Origin: Octopus sinensis
Lineage: Eukaryota
DNA: 64,000 bases
NCBI RefSeq assembly: GCF_006345805.1
Contig: NC_043001.1
Span: 80,600,001-80,664,000 of the forward strand
Direction: 5' to 3'
In this document: piece after piece, positions 11,810 to 25,519 of the stretch
Position numbering within the stretch: position 1 is the first letter of the stretch
Layout: every line of letters starts with the position of its first letter
The notes under the pieces: model-generated
Seen by the model: only the letters and a program-made list of their open reading frames with translations
Told to the model about the DNA's origin: nothing
The model's database searches: none
Translations under genes and position numbers: made by a program

Positions 11810-12220
11810 GTGACGTATATTTGCCATTTAAATATGGCTAACCCCTAAGGGTGGATGCTACTGTAGTTTGTAGCCCCAGGAGGACACCTCCTCCAGCTGG
11901 CTATAGACACACTTTCTGTGTCCTATCAGTATTTGCAAAGGGAAGCCATCCTTCTCGTCTTCAACTTATGATACACGCGGACTCGAGTTTCTGGGTATTG
12001 ACCCGTCATCGGTGTGTGACAATCACAGTTGTCGATGAGAAGTAGATTCCCTTCACAAATACTTATACCTTTTTTTCCAGTATCGATAGACACTGATATC
12101 GAAAAAGTGTAAACAAGCAATAATAAATCTCAGAGCGAGATATAAACAGTAGCTACAACACATCGTGACGTATATTTGCCATTTAAATATGGCTAACCCC
12201 TAAGGGTGGATGCTACTGTA
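11810..12220 (-). mobile_element. Probable Penelope-type terminal-repeat remnant with a decayed hammerhead
   Basis: Identical 56-bp direct repeats at 11810-11865 and 12165-12220. Between them the minus strand reads CCGATGA-CGGG-TCAATA-CCCA-GAAAC-TCGA-GTC (12012-11980). Confidence 0.55.
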
Positions 12221-12823
12221 CGATTCAGGTGGCAAAATGAGTAGTAACTGTATTTTAAGGGGCCAGCATCGTCACACTCTGTGTCATGCTGAATCTCCCT
12301 AAAAAGTATGTGAAGAGGTACGCGTGTCTGTGGATTTCCCAGCCACTTGCACGTTAATCTCACGAGCAAGCTGATCCGTTGCTCGGATCAACTGGAACCC
12401 TCGTCGTCGTAAGCGACGGAGTACCGGTATATATTGTTGTCTAAGCACCGATTTCACTGAGGAGACACAGACAATTATTGAATTGTTCCTTTTGAAACCT
12501 TAAGGTATGGAATTAAGTGCTATCTTTATTTCTTTTCATTTGTCTTGCTCGAAAACATCAAGCGTCTTACTAGTTGAGAACACAGATTTAGTGGTCCCTG
12601 CCGTATTCTTGGGATATTCTTTTGTTTGTCAAATTATGCTTCATCTGATGATTACGGTTTTTGGTAATGAACAAATTTTCTCATTCTTCCATAGTAAAAT
12701 GCGTAAAATACAGCTGTAATGAGCTGACAATTATCCATCCTGCGTTATTATTCTTTACAACTTGATGAACACCTGAGAGTATACAACAACGTACAATTCG
12801 GTGGTTTGGTCCAGCCCTTAGGC

Positions 12824-12899
<76 letters not shown>

Positions 12900-13073
12900 C
12901 GCATAGCAAATATTCATCCCCACTTAAAAGAGGATGCTGTGTTAGAACACAGAATACTGAGATAATTACCATGAGAGGCCGTCTCATATGGACTTGTGGT
13001 GCATGTAAGCACTCGATCGCTGCCGGTACTACCTGATCACGTGATTTCGATGGTAGAAGAATGTGTATATATA

Positions 13074-13121
<48 letters not shown>

Positions 13122-13155
13122 ATATAATATATATATATATATACAATATATATAC

Positions 13156-13188
<33 letters not shown>

Positions 13189-13270
13189 TATATATATATA
13201 TATAATAATATATATATATAATATATATGTATATATATGTATGCATGTATGCATGCATGTATGTATTATG

Positions 13271-13304
<34 letters not shown>

Positions 13305-13510
13305 TCTATATATATATATATATATGTATATATTCTTTTATTTATGTATATTCAGTTAAACATTCATAATCCAGAGAAGCGAAACCTGATTTAACCAGCG
13401 AATAAATACAATGTGATTGCTTACCTCAAGTAATTTTAGATACTCATTACAACTCGATGCGGTTGGCCTAAATTTGGATTATAACTAATGTTTAAATGGT
13501 ACCTGCCTGG

Positions 13511-13544
<34 letters not shown>

Positions 13545-13552
13545 TATATAGA

Positions 13553-13587
<35 letters not shown>

Positions 13588-13591
13588 TATG

Positions 13592-13766
<175 letters not shown>

Positions 13767-14186
13767 TGAAGTCAAATGCCAGATCATCCGTAGGGCGTTG
13801 GCTATGATGGCTCACATTGTCTATTCAAAACCGCTACGTTCTGAGATCAAAACCCCGCCAAAGACAACTTTGTCTTTCGTCTCTTTTACGGACGATGACA
13901 AAGGCACCAATCCCAGATGAAAGAATGGCAGAATTAGTAGAATTTTTTGAAGGAGTATCTTGCAGTATCTATTCCGGATTTGTCCGTCTGACGGAAGCGT
14001 CTCCGACAATAATGGTGCTGAATCTTACCATTCCTGTTGGCACCACAATTTGCGTGGGGAGGGAGAATCTGCTTGCATGGGAAAGTGATAGGGTTCCAAT
14101 AAATAAAGCATTAAGTAGAACTATGTCTAAAAGAGGACTTTTCCAGATGCATCTATTCCGAACATCTGTATAACAGACGAAATGTC

Positions 14187-14239
<53 letters not shown>

Positions 14240-14274
14240 GTGTGTGCGTGTGTGTGTATGTGTGTGAGCGTGTA

Positions 14275-14322
<48 letters not shown>

Positions 14323-14482
14323 GGTGTGTGTGTGTGTGTGCATGGATGCTTCTGTGCGCATGTTATTGTGTTTGTCTCTCACTTTTCTTTCTTCTGTTCT
14401 CTCTCTCTCTCTCTCTCTCTCTTGAAATATATGCGTGAAAATGTGTGCATATATGTATCTGTTTGAGCATGTGTGTTTGTAT

Positions 14483-14525
<43 letters not shown>

Positions 14526-15079
14526 TCTTACTCACTCTGTGACCCTTTCTCGTCTCCCTCTATGTATCTCTATTTGATCTTGTTTCGTATGGTCACACCC
14601 TAACCTTATACACACCCGCGCTGACACACCGGCACACTCGCGCGCGCGCACACACACGCACACAGACACACACGTTTACATGTTATGTTTGTGTGTATAT
14701 GTGCGTGTGTATGGGTGTAGGCGTGTGTGTGCGTATGTGTCTATATGCTTGTGTCTGTGCGCGTGTGTGTGTGCGGGTACAAGCGTGTGTGTGTGTGCGT
14801 GTGTGTGTGTCTGCGTTTATGTGTGTATGAGTATGTGTTCCTGTGTGTATGTGTGAACCAAGACATTATCTAAGTAATCAAAGGGACAACCCGTAGCCTT
14901 CATCATAAAAACATATGTAACAACATATGGTATTCGTGGTGCTAGGGATTGTGAATGGCGAGATGGAGGCAACTGCGGTGGAGTGTTGAGGGAGAGAGAG
15001 ATATGTACTGATAATAATAATAATTACACACTCATAAACGAATATATAGGGAGAAAAAAGTGATTTCACACATGGATGC

Positions 15080-15110
<31 letters not shown>

Positions 15111-15444
15111 TGCACACACACACGCATATACACGTGAGAAATCTAGTTGTTATCAAACCCATAATGTACGTTTCCTTTTTACTTTCGCTCTCTCCCCCTG
15201 TCTCTCCCTCTCTCGGTAAGTGTGTGTGTATCTATGTATGTGTGTGTATGTGTGTGTGAGTGTGTGTTCTACAAATACATTAATTCCAACAGATATACAT
15301 GTATGACTCAACACTTACACACACACACACACACACACACACCTCTGTTTGTTATCATATCAAGGCGTTGCACCAGCATGGCCGTAATCAAAACAACTGA
15401 AGCAAGTAAAAGGTAAATGATAATACAGCCTTCTTCTCTTTCAT

Positions 15445-15517
<73 letters not shown>

Positions 15518-16134
15518 CGCTCTGTCAATCTATCTACTTATCTATCTATCTTCTCTCTCTCTCCCCTTGCACTTTACAAAATGACTTTACGATGTTTCGT
15601 CGTACATTCGTTCTGAGATCAAATTCCGCCGAGGCTGACTTTGCCTTTCATCCTTTCGGGGTCGATAAAATACGTTCCAGTTGAACATAATCCAATCGAC
15701 TTAGTCAATCCAATCGGCTTAGTCTTCTCCTCGAACTTACTGGCCTTGTGCTAAATTTTACAAACATATATACATACATGAATGTGTAATCAGACATATA
15801 CGCACACATATTTTACTCTCTCATCCATACATTCACACACAAGCATGCACTCACACATATGTACACACTCATGACCCAGAATGGCCGCAGCTCTCGAGCT
15901 GAAACTAGTCAAGGACAAAGGATATTCAACGGCCAGTGAAGGAACTTCACCGATATAGTTTGTGGGACCTCTCGACTGCATTTAAATTTGAAACCTCATG
16001 CTAACGAAATATCTCCAAGCTTCCACATGTAAAAACTACTTTAAGCCTTAAGACCGAAACGTTACGCACGTCATCATCTATTTTATGCACAATACAGCAT
16101 GAACAAGAAAAACTGAAAGACGTTTAAATATTTT

Positions 16135-16566
16135 TTTACTCTAGGCACAAGGGACGAATTTTTTTTTTTTTTTGTGGTGGGGTGCAGTCGATTAGATCGA
16201 CCCCAGTACGCAACTGGTACTTAATTTATAGACCTCCGAAAGGATGAAAGGCAAAGTTGACTTCGACGGAATTTGAACTCAGAACATAACGGCAGACGAA
16301 ATACCTCTAAGCAATTTCGCCCGGCGTGCTAACGTTTCTTATTTCTTTATCGCACACAAGGGGCTAAACATGCGACAAACAAGGATAGACAAAAGGATTA
16401 AGACGATTACATCCACCCCAGTGTGTAACTGGTACTTAATTTATCGACCCCAAAAAGATGAAAGGCAAAGTCGACCTCGGCGGAATTTGAACTCAGAACG
16501 TAGCGGCAGACGAAGTACCGCTAAACATTTCGCCCAGCGTGCTAACGATTCTACCAGCTCGCCGCC
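16135..16566 (-). mobile_element. SINE-ii joined to a 5'-clipped SINE-i
   Basis: Two cores. The SINE-ii tail ..AAAGAAATAA runs into GAAACGTTAGC of the second copy near 16338. Confidence 0.8.
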
Positions 16567-16654
16567 TCTACTGAATATTATGAGGAGTGTAAATTTCAAA
16601 TGTATTCTTTGCAATCGTTTGAAATTTTCAGCCCTGAGAATATATATATATATG

Positions 16655-17155
16655 GGAAATGATAGCACAATAAGGTACCAATGTTTGCTGGAAATAGCAG
16701 TCAATAACCGCACGACGCTATGTAAAGCTTCAGTGAATGTATAGAGGCAAAGATGTGTGCGGGCGGCGGAGATAAAAAATTTTCGTCTTACCTCTAGGAA
16801 GAATACCCGATAAATGGATAACCTAGTACACGAGTTTCGGACTCTCCAGAATACGCTTTTTATCGTAAATCTGGTTACTCTTCTTCAGCTAGGTTCACCG
16901 AAGATGAAATTTAAAATATCCGCTACATCAATTTCTATATATTCGGTTGATACGCCTAGTCATACACAGAACCGAGATCAGTAAAATTATTATTACAAAC
17001 AATGCCTATATAGTCCTAGAAGTAAGACGAAAATTTTTTAGGTGCGCTGCCTGCACACATCTTCGCCTCTATACATTCAGTGAAGCTTCACATAGCACCG
17101 TACGGTTATCGACTGCTATTTCCAGCAAACATTCGTTCCTTGTGCCATTATTTCC
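16655..17155. mobile_element. Foldback/MITE-like element with ~145-bp imperfect inverted arms
   Basis: 16655-16799 is the reverse complement of 17014-17155 (shared ATGTTTGCTGGAAATAGCAGTC, GAATGTATAGAGGC.AAGATGTGTGC, TAAAAAATTTTCGTCTTAC). Spacer ~215 bp. Confidence 0.8.
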
Positions 17156-17249
17156 TATTTACCATTCTACCTTTACGGTGCTTTATTTAGCTGGAAATAA
17201 TACTATTGTATTGCAATAATATATCTGTGTATATATATATATATATACA

Positions 17250-17446
17250 GTTGTGTCTGGGGAGAGTCATTTTCTTTTTGTGCCTTATTATTTAACACAC
17301 TCACCGGCAAAATTTCCACTATTGAAAAGGTTGCAACACGCAACGAAAGTTTTGGGACAATAAAAATAAGAAATAAGTGAAAATTTTACCGGTGAGTGTG
17401 TTAAATAATAAGGCACAAAAAGGAAATGACTCTCCCCAGACACAAC
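17250..17446. mobile_element. Palindromic MITE with ~70-bp inverted arms
   Basis: GTTGTGTCTGGGGAGAGTCATTT..CACACTCACCGG..AAATTT on the left and its reverse complement on the right. A one-armed copy lies at 57553-57680. Confidence 0.85.
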
Positions 17447-17576
17447 AGAATAGGCTTCAACACACGAACTCATATAAAGAATCTTGCAGACCAAATCCAA
17501 AAGCGAAAGATATATATATGTACTGAAATGTTTTTTTATAAAATTATTTTACCATTTTCTACCTTGACTTTTTTCC

Positions 17577-17631
<55 letters not shown>

Positions 17632-17964
17632 AGTAGCATTCGTAAGCCTCAACTGACTTGAAAGATTCGTGGGCAACGTCACATACAAGATGAGCCAACG
17701 ACTGAAGTCGCCGTGCGGTTACTCGAATTTAAAGAAAAAACAGCCAGATCTACCGACGCTTAAATAAATACATTCGACAATGTAGTCCCTAAAAGACAAA
17801 AGCAGTTGTGATGGTGACGAATGGTAACGCCTTTAATCAGAAACTTACTCGATCGTGGCTTTTGCGAGAGTACGCAAAAAACAATACTAATATTATCCAC
17901 ATCAAGAAAGAAGCAGAGCAATGAAAAGCGCAATTAAGGGAAGTTATAATTAGTGGAGACATAA

Positions 17965-18251
17965 GTGAAGGCGCGTGGATTAGTGATTAGGATATTCGGC
18001 TCTCGATCGTAAGGTTGGGAGTTCGATTCCCTGCGGTGAGTTATGTCCTCGCCGCTTTATTTCACATTGCTCCAATCCACTCAGCTAGCAATAATGAGAA
18101 GTACCTGTATTTCGAAGGGCACAGCCTTGTCACGTTCTGTGTCACGTTGAATCTCCCTGAGAATTACGTTAAGAGTACTCGTGTCTGTGGAATGCTATTC
18201 CTTTGATCGGATCAACCGGAACCTACGTCGTCGTAACCGACGGAATGCCAG
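17965..18251 (+). mobile_element. Second tRNA-headed SINE family (type 2)
   Basis: Head GTGAAGGCGCGTGG..TTAGTG with B-box GAGTTCGATTCC, then ATTTCAC.TTGCTCCA.TCCACTCAGC. Relatives at 12230-12425 and 25520-25846. Confidence 0.7.
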
Positions 18252-18693
18252 TTTTTAGAGGTGAAATTTGAACAAAATCGTGGCCTCGAGTTGCCAAGGG
18301 TTTACCTGTTAACTCTTTCTACAAATGCTTATGAAGTAAATGTGTTGTTGTCATTATGATAATTCAATTCTAAAAAGTTGGTAGAGCGTCTTAAATGGTA
18401 AAGCACCGAACTACATTCTTTGCAAAATATGTAATCTTATTTCCGAATGCTCTAGTATCAAATATCGTCTGCCGTGCACTTTGGCCTTCATACTTCAAAT
18501 ACCAATAAACATACCAATCATTCACTTGTGTCAAGTCTACTAATTTATTAGTTTCCTTGCACTTTTATGACCTCACCCCAATATGAAAAAATTCCTTTTG
18601 GAAATTTTGGTTTTAGAATTAAAAGATACTACAATTGAAGTTCGAAGTCGGTACAAATATTCGGCTCACCACCAGCGTGCTTGTTAAACTAAG

Positions 18694-18766
<73 letters not shown>

Positions 18767-18998
18767 ATTTCTTTCTTTCTTTCCCTCTCTCTTTTTCTCT
18801 CTCTCTCGCTCTCTCTCTTTCCCTCTCTTTCTCACTCAATCACTCTCTCTTTCTCTTTCTCTTTCTCTCTCTCTCACTCAATCACTCGCTCTTTCTCTTT
18901 CTCTCTCTCACTTAATCACTCTCTCTTTCTCTCTCTCTCATTCAACCACTCTCTCTTTCTCTTTCTCTCTCTCTCATTCAATCACTCTCTCTTTCTCT

Positions 18999-19078
<80 letters not shown>

Positions 19079-20344
19079 TGGGCCATAGGACTCATAAAGC
19101 CGCTTACTCGGTTTCCATAAGCGACCGAGATGACAACCATCCCTCTGAACGGGACGCCGGTCCGTTCCAAATTCAAGACCAGCAATTTTGAAAGAAGGAG
19201 TCAATTGGTCACACCGACCTCCATAATTGACATCAGTCAATTTTATTTTATTGACACCAGAGGCTGGACGAACGGCAAAGTTGACCTCAGTAGAATTTGA
19301 ACTGAAAGTGAAAAGAGCCAGAAGAAATGCCGTTAAACATTATGCCCAACATGCCGACGATTCTGTCAGCTTGCTACCATAATCTTAGCTGATATTAACT
19401 AAATGCTCACGGCGCCTGTTTGGATGCTAAAAAAATAACAATATTTCAGCGGTTATTTCTGAATTTAGAATGAAGAAATATACAAACTAAAGTGTAAATT
19501 GCAACGTGGCAACATAGCTCGTTAAATTCTTTTCTTAATTAGTTACTGTTAATTCTCATTAACATATTAATTCTTTCAGTAATTGATATGTTAATAGCTG
19601 GATAATAATACACTTGACATTGTTGAAAATAAATAAACGCGTCGCTAAAATTAATTGTTTCGGAATGTAACTGAAAAAATACGTCTCAGCACGCTGGGAG
19701 TAGGTGGGTGTAGTGGCGTAATATATAGAATGGTGAAAGAATTATCTAAGAACTACAGCCAATCACCAGGTCGTTGATTCATATCTCACTCAGCATTCGC
19801 TCTGTGGCATATATCTGGTGAAGACAGTTAAGTGTTAAATGACAATGTTTGTATATATCTGTTAAAACAATGTCCTCTTTGAGGTGCAGGCCATAAGTTC
19901 ATAACACTGCAGTGTACAGGTCTCAGCCAAAAAAAAAAAAAGAAAAGAAAAAAGGAGAAAAAGAGAAACTCACAGATTCATCATTATTTATAAATGTTGC
20001 AGCAGCAAAAGCACGACATTCATTAATTCAAACAATGACAGTTCCTGAAAAGAATTATGAAACATTAGCTATATGAAAACATCGTTACCACGTGGCTAAC
20101 TTAACTAGTGCCACAATGGTGGTCGTGTAAAATATGGGTAATGATGATGATGATGACGACGATGATGGTAGTGGTGGCACTAGAAAATGTGGTATTTGAG
20201 TAGTTAGCAGTGGTATTACACCGGCACTGGCTCCCTTTCTTTATTGTGTTAGGAAAGTGACTAAGAGCCATTAGTCAGTGTTGTCACCAATGTCTTTTAT
20301 TTGGGACCCCCGTTTTCCTTCGTCCCAAATATTTTGGTTGTTAA

Positions 20345-20570
20345 CTTATGAGAGGTTGAAGAAGCGAGATGACAGAATCGATAACATACCAGGTAAAGTG
20401 CTTAGCGGCATTTCGTCCGTCTTTACATTCTGAGTTCAAATTTCGCCCAGGTTCACTTTGTTTATCATCCTTTCGGGATCAGTAAAATAAACACCAGTTG
20501 AACACTGTGGGGGGGACGGTTAAAGTAATTGATCCCCTCCCCCGAAATTGCTGGCCTTCTAACAACATTT
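20345..20570 (+). mobile_element. SINE-i copy
   Basis: Degenerate head, GAGTTCAAAT, core and AATTGCTGGCC tail. Confidence 0.7.
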
Positions 20571-21345
20571 GAAACTAATTTACGAGCAGTTGAGTGACAC
20601 ACTGACTTGTCCCTTCGCCCCATGCTCGCTTCTAAAAACAACTCATACAGAGTCACATGCCTCCTCTCACTCGGTAAAGGAGATGTCATTCCACGTAATG
20701 GCAGGAGCGACATCTCATTGTTTGCTGATGGGTTCCAGGAAAAGTAGGTTAACTTTCTTCTTTTGTGAACTTGTGTACAGCTTCGGGGACAAGCGTACCT
20801 GTTATTGTCATACAATACTACCATACTGTCTTTCATTGATCTAAATCATACATACCCAAAGCTTGTCCGTTGCAAAAATTTAAACAAATCCTTCATTCAA
20901 AATTCCATTGGTACTTTCATTTGATAAAATTAGTATGTGAGCATTCATTTTCTTGTTAATTTTTGACAACCCGATCTCAACAGCATTATTCTCAGCAAAG
21001 AATCGTGAAAGTATAGTGAAAGGAGTGCCATACGTTATTTGTAACGGCTCTTTAAGTTCTGAGTTCAAATCCCATTATAGTCAACTTTGTCTTTCATCCA
21101 TTCTTGCGTGAATAAAATACAGGGCCAATAAAATATTGGGGTGGATGGTATCATGTCACCCTACCTTTAAAATATACTGGTCTTCTGTCTGAGTCAGAAA
21201 CATTTCTTTTTCTAAGGGGATCATTTTGTTTGCAAAATGTTTCTGTTAGTTCTGTGTGAGCGTATCCGTGTGTGTGTGTGTGTGTGAGTGTGCATGTGAG
21301 AGAGAGAAAGAGAATGTGTGTGTGTGTGTGTGTATGTGTGTGTGT

Positions 21346-21400
<55 letters not shown>

Positions 21401-21590
21401 GTTTTGATCAACATTCATGAAAGCACATTCACGTCCCGTGTGAATGTTTTGGTGAGCACTCCGCATCGCCAAGTTAGAATAAAAACAAAATAGGAAAAAA
21501 TTAATCAATTTCTTTCACAACAGATCTTTGTGAGATTGACTGGTACTGTATTTTATCGTCTCCGAAAGAATACAAGACAAAGTCGACCAA

Positions 21591-21820
21591 GATAATAAAC
21601 ATATCATCATGAAAGAAAGAGAAAACGTCGATAAATATGGAGACCTGAGAATTGAGATCGCTAAGATGTGGCAGCAACGAGAGTCAAAAAATAAAGGTTA
21701 TCCCTATTGTCATCGAAGCATTGGGTTCAAGACCGCCCAATCTGAAAAAAACACATGAAGACTTTAGAAATACCCTACAATAATGTATTACAAATGTCGG
21801 CATTACTTGGAACTGCACGC
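21591..21820 (+). mobile_element. R4/Dong-type endonuclease 3' fragment
   Basis: Translates to KERENVDKYGDLRIEIAKMWQQRESKIKVIPIVIEALGS and then LQMSALLGTA, like the C-termini of the larger copies. Confidence 0.75.
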
Positions 21821-21839
21821 CGTCAGAGGTCTCACAAGA

Positions 21840-22180
21840 TCTCTTTCTGCACATTATAAGCTGTGATATTTGGTTGTTAATTATCGTGAGAGAAATACAA
21901 CATACAAGTACCAATCTCAAAATCCTAGCTGTCCCCAGCAGAGCAGTTTTGGAGGGCTTGCTCTGCTCTCATGTCAATTCCGATTTCTTTGAAATATTTC
22001 TCGAATTCGGTTGTTAGTGTTTCGAGTGCCCCTACAACTACTGGAATGACAGACATTCTCCCCATAGTCCACATTCTTGCAATTTCGTCTTTTAGTAGTC
22101 TTTACATTTCAATCTTTCATAGTTCTTTGTCACCTACGCGTGCATCTTCAGGTATTGCAATATCTATGATCTTGGTTTCC
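21840..22180 (-). mobile_element. R4/Dong-type endonuclease 3' fragment, 5'-truncated into (TAA)n
   Basis: The minus strand translates to ETKIIDIAIPEDARVGDKE..DEIARMWTMGRMSVIPVVVGALE, then ..LLGTARILR after a frameshift. The (TAT)n at 22181-22290 is (TAA)n on the element strand. Confidence 0.8.
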
Positions 22181-22185
22181 TATCA

Positions 22186-22255
<70 letters not shown>

Positions 22256-22496
22256 CATCATTTATATTATTATTATTATTATTATTATTACAAGTAAAAC
22301 TTTCAATTCAACACAAAGAATTTCGTAAATACAAGATAATTAATTTCATTTAATGTAGTAAATAAATTTCCAAGTGTAAATTCTTATAATATCTTTTAAT
22401 TTAACGTCTTAATTATGCTCTTTATTGCAATATATCGTAACCTTCATCTCAACGTGCGCGTATGTGTATATGTGTATGTGTGTATGTGATATATAT

Positions 22497-22542
<46 letters not shown>

Positions 22543-22939
22543 ATATATATTACTATACACTCACACACACATACACACATATATATATACCCAAACACGT
22601 GTACCATATTATGTGCGTCTCTGTGTTATGTGCATGCGTGTGTGTCTGCTTGCTTTTATGCTAGTAGGTGTATATATATTTCCGTGTATGAGTGTGCGTG
22701 TGTGTGTGTCTGTCTATCTGTATGCCTACATGCCTTTGCGTTAGTAACAGTATGGGAATGTGTGTATGTGTGTAGTAACTGTGTCTATTTGTGTGCATGT
22801 GACTACATACACATATGTTAAATGCACGTGTATGTATTTGTGCGCGCGCGCGTGTGTGTGAGTGCGTGTGACAGTGTAATTGTGTGTGTGTATCCGCTTG
22901 CGCGTGCGTAGTTTGCGTTTTAATTAAATCTCTTGAAAA

Positions 22940-23163
22940 GGCTCCAGTGTTAGTTGTTGCTGTTGTTGTCGTTGTTGAGGGTGGTGGTGGCGTCGGTGTT
23001 GTCATCGTTGCTATAGCTCCTTCTGATTGATAACAATGATAATGGCAGTAGCGGTGGTGTTGGTGATGGTGGCGGTGGTGACGGTGATGGTGATGATGTT
23101 TGGTGATGTTAATGTGGTTCGTGCTGAAGGTAATGATGGTGGTGATGCCGGGCTTGGTGATGT

Positions 23164-23224
<61 letters not shown>

Positions 23225-23259
23225 CGTAGTAGTCGTAGTAGTAGTAGTAGTGGTAGTAT

Positions 23260-23302
<43 letters not shown>

Positions 23303-23720
23303 CGTCGTAGTAGTCGTAGTAGTAGTAGTAGTGGTAGTATTATAGTAGTAGTAGTAGTAGTAGTAGTAGTATAGTAGTAGTACCAACAGCAGCAGCAGCA
23401 ACAGTTGCGCTAGTGAACTCCATAGTGATAGTGTTGGTGGTAGTAAAGATATCTGTTGTTGCTGTTTTTGTTGTTGTTAGTGATGGAGGTAGTGATGGTG
23501 AAGGTGGTGGTTGTGGTAGTGGTGCTGCTGTTGTTGCTGTTCTTGGTGTTGGTTGGGGGGGAGGGTTGCTGTCGTAGTTGTGGCCGTGGTGATTGTGGTG
23601 ATGATAGTTTGGTGGTAGTGGTGATGATGGTGATGACTATTGTGGTCCTAGTACTGGTCATGACCAGAAGAAAAAGATGATGACGATGATGATCATGGCG
23701 ATGAAGATGAGGATGATTAA
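22940..23720. repeat. Compound GGT/GAT/AGT/GTT cryptic trinucleotide region
   Basis: Includes (AGT)n at 23164-23370. Confidence 0.9.
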
Positions 23721-23937
23721 TTGAAGGATCACTCAATACATTTGAGTATCACGTTTCACAATGGAAAGATTGAGATTAGATGCCTTCCTCACACTACACG
23801 CACACACACACACGTACACACACACACATACACATATATAAAATACGAAATGGGACAAGAACACAAAACATCAAGTCAGTTATATATGTGTATGTATGTA
23901 TGTGTGTAAATTCTCACTATATATATGTATATATATA

Positions 23938-24229
23938 TCACCGTGACCGACCAGGCTATCAGATGTTGTTGCACATCGCTGGTCACAATGCGCTTCGCAT
24001 TGTTTTAGCCTTCAAATGACGCCATCTCACTGGCTAAGCGAGCAGGCCAACAGTAGAAAGAGTGAGAGAAAGTTGTGGCGAAAGAGTACAGCATGGATCG
24101 CTACCACTACCCTGCCGGAGCCTCGTGGAGCTTTAAGTGTCTTCGCTCAATAAATACTCACAACGCCCGGTCTGGGAATCGAAACCACGATCCTACGACC
24201 GCGAGTCGTCTGCTGCCCTAACCAGTGGG

Positions 24230-24232
<3 letters not shown>
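23938..24232 (-). mobile_element. Third tRNA-headed SINE family (type 3)
   Basis: Minus-strand head TGGCCCACTGGTTAGGGCAGC with B-box GGTTTCGATTCC; the body is unrelated to the other SINEs. Confidence 0.7.
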
Positions 24233-24274
<42 letters not shown>

Positions 24275-24306
24275 CTATAACTATAAATAAATAACTATAA
24301 TTATAA

Positions 24307-24351
<45 letters not shown>

Positions 24352-24840
24352 CAATTTACAAAAAAAAACGACGACGAAGACGGTGTGGTAAACAACAAAC
24401 AACGCTCGGGAACGAGAAAGTCTTTTACGTTTCGAGCCTACGCTCTTCACCAGAAAGGAACAGAGAAATAAACAGGGAGAGAAAATAGAAAAAAGGTTTA
24501 AACTAGGTGAAATACTTTATATGTACATATATCATATATATATATTATATACACATATTTTTTATAATTAATATTTGTGTGTGTATATATATATGTGTAC
24601 ATATATATGTGCATGTGTACATATATGCGAGTGTGCGTGTAAATGTGTGTGTCGCTAATAATTATTAACAACAGAAGCAGTATTAATACCAGATGGTAAT
24701 CGTTATATCCCAATTAAAGTGAATTAATTACTCGAACGCATAATACTGCGGTATTCGCTTTGACTGGTCCTCACATAGAAGCATGGCACATAGAAACACA
24801 CACACACATATCGTTAGCTGACGAGAATCGTTTGCTAAGG

Positions 24841-24908
<68 letters not shown>

Positions 24909-25074
24909 GTCATTGTATGTGCTACAAGACATGAATTCTATAGAATACTTCGTTCGTCGTAACCGAAGTATTATTAACTCGCAGAAAGCCTGAACAAATG
25001 CAAACAATTATAAGTAGTTAAGTACTACGAAAACCATATCTGAAGAAGAAATATAATTGAAAGAAAAGTTAAAC

Positions 25075-25440
25075 TTCCATCCGACCTCTCTGCCTACTAG
25101 TTTTGGGATGATCGTTGGAGTAGAGTCCCCAGACATCTCAGCTTTGGGTCCTATCAGAAACAACCACCATCACAATTTTCGGATGGATTCCTAAGTGTAA
25201 CCACCTGAGACTATGGATATTATCCAGCCATCTCGTCCTTGGTCTACCACTAGTTTTACAGCTGGTTGGGGTGGCTTCAAGAATCCGTCTTACGATTCTT
25301 TCCTGCGACATTTCAATCACAAGTTCATAGAACCGGAGCTGTGACAACCCAATGCAGAGAAGCAGCGGCTCGACCTGGACTGATTCGCTGTTCTTGGAGC
25401 AACACACTCTGTTCGAGTAACGTTACTCCACTGTTGCTTT
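25075..25440 (-). mobile_element. RTE-clade LINE 3' end, decayed
   Basis: ORF 25138-25407 reads MSQERIVRRILEATPTSCKTSGRPRTRWLDNI..LGI..DR, carrying the RTE GRP..W.D motif. Confidence 0.7.
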
Positions 25441-25519
25441 GAGGAACACTATTCCGGCTGCTTGTATTCGCGTTTGTAGCCTATCTGTCATTACTCAACA
25501 ATCACGACCATACGTGAGG

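Noticed and set aside
13817-14173. 118-aa ORF as a host gene
   Set aside because: It starts within degenerate SINE fragments, has no recognisable domain and ends at a (TG)n tract.
22661-23736. Thr/His-, Ser- and Val-rich ORFs as mucin-like genes
   Set aside because: They are overlapping translations of trinucleotide repeats on both strands.
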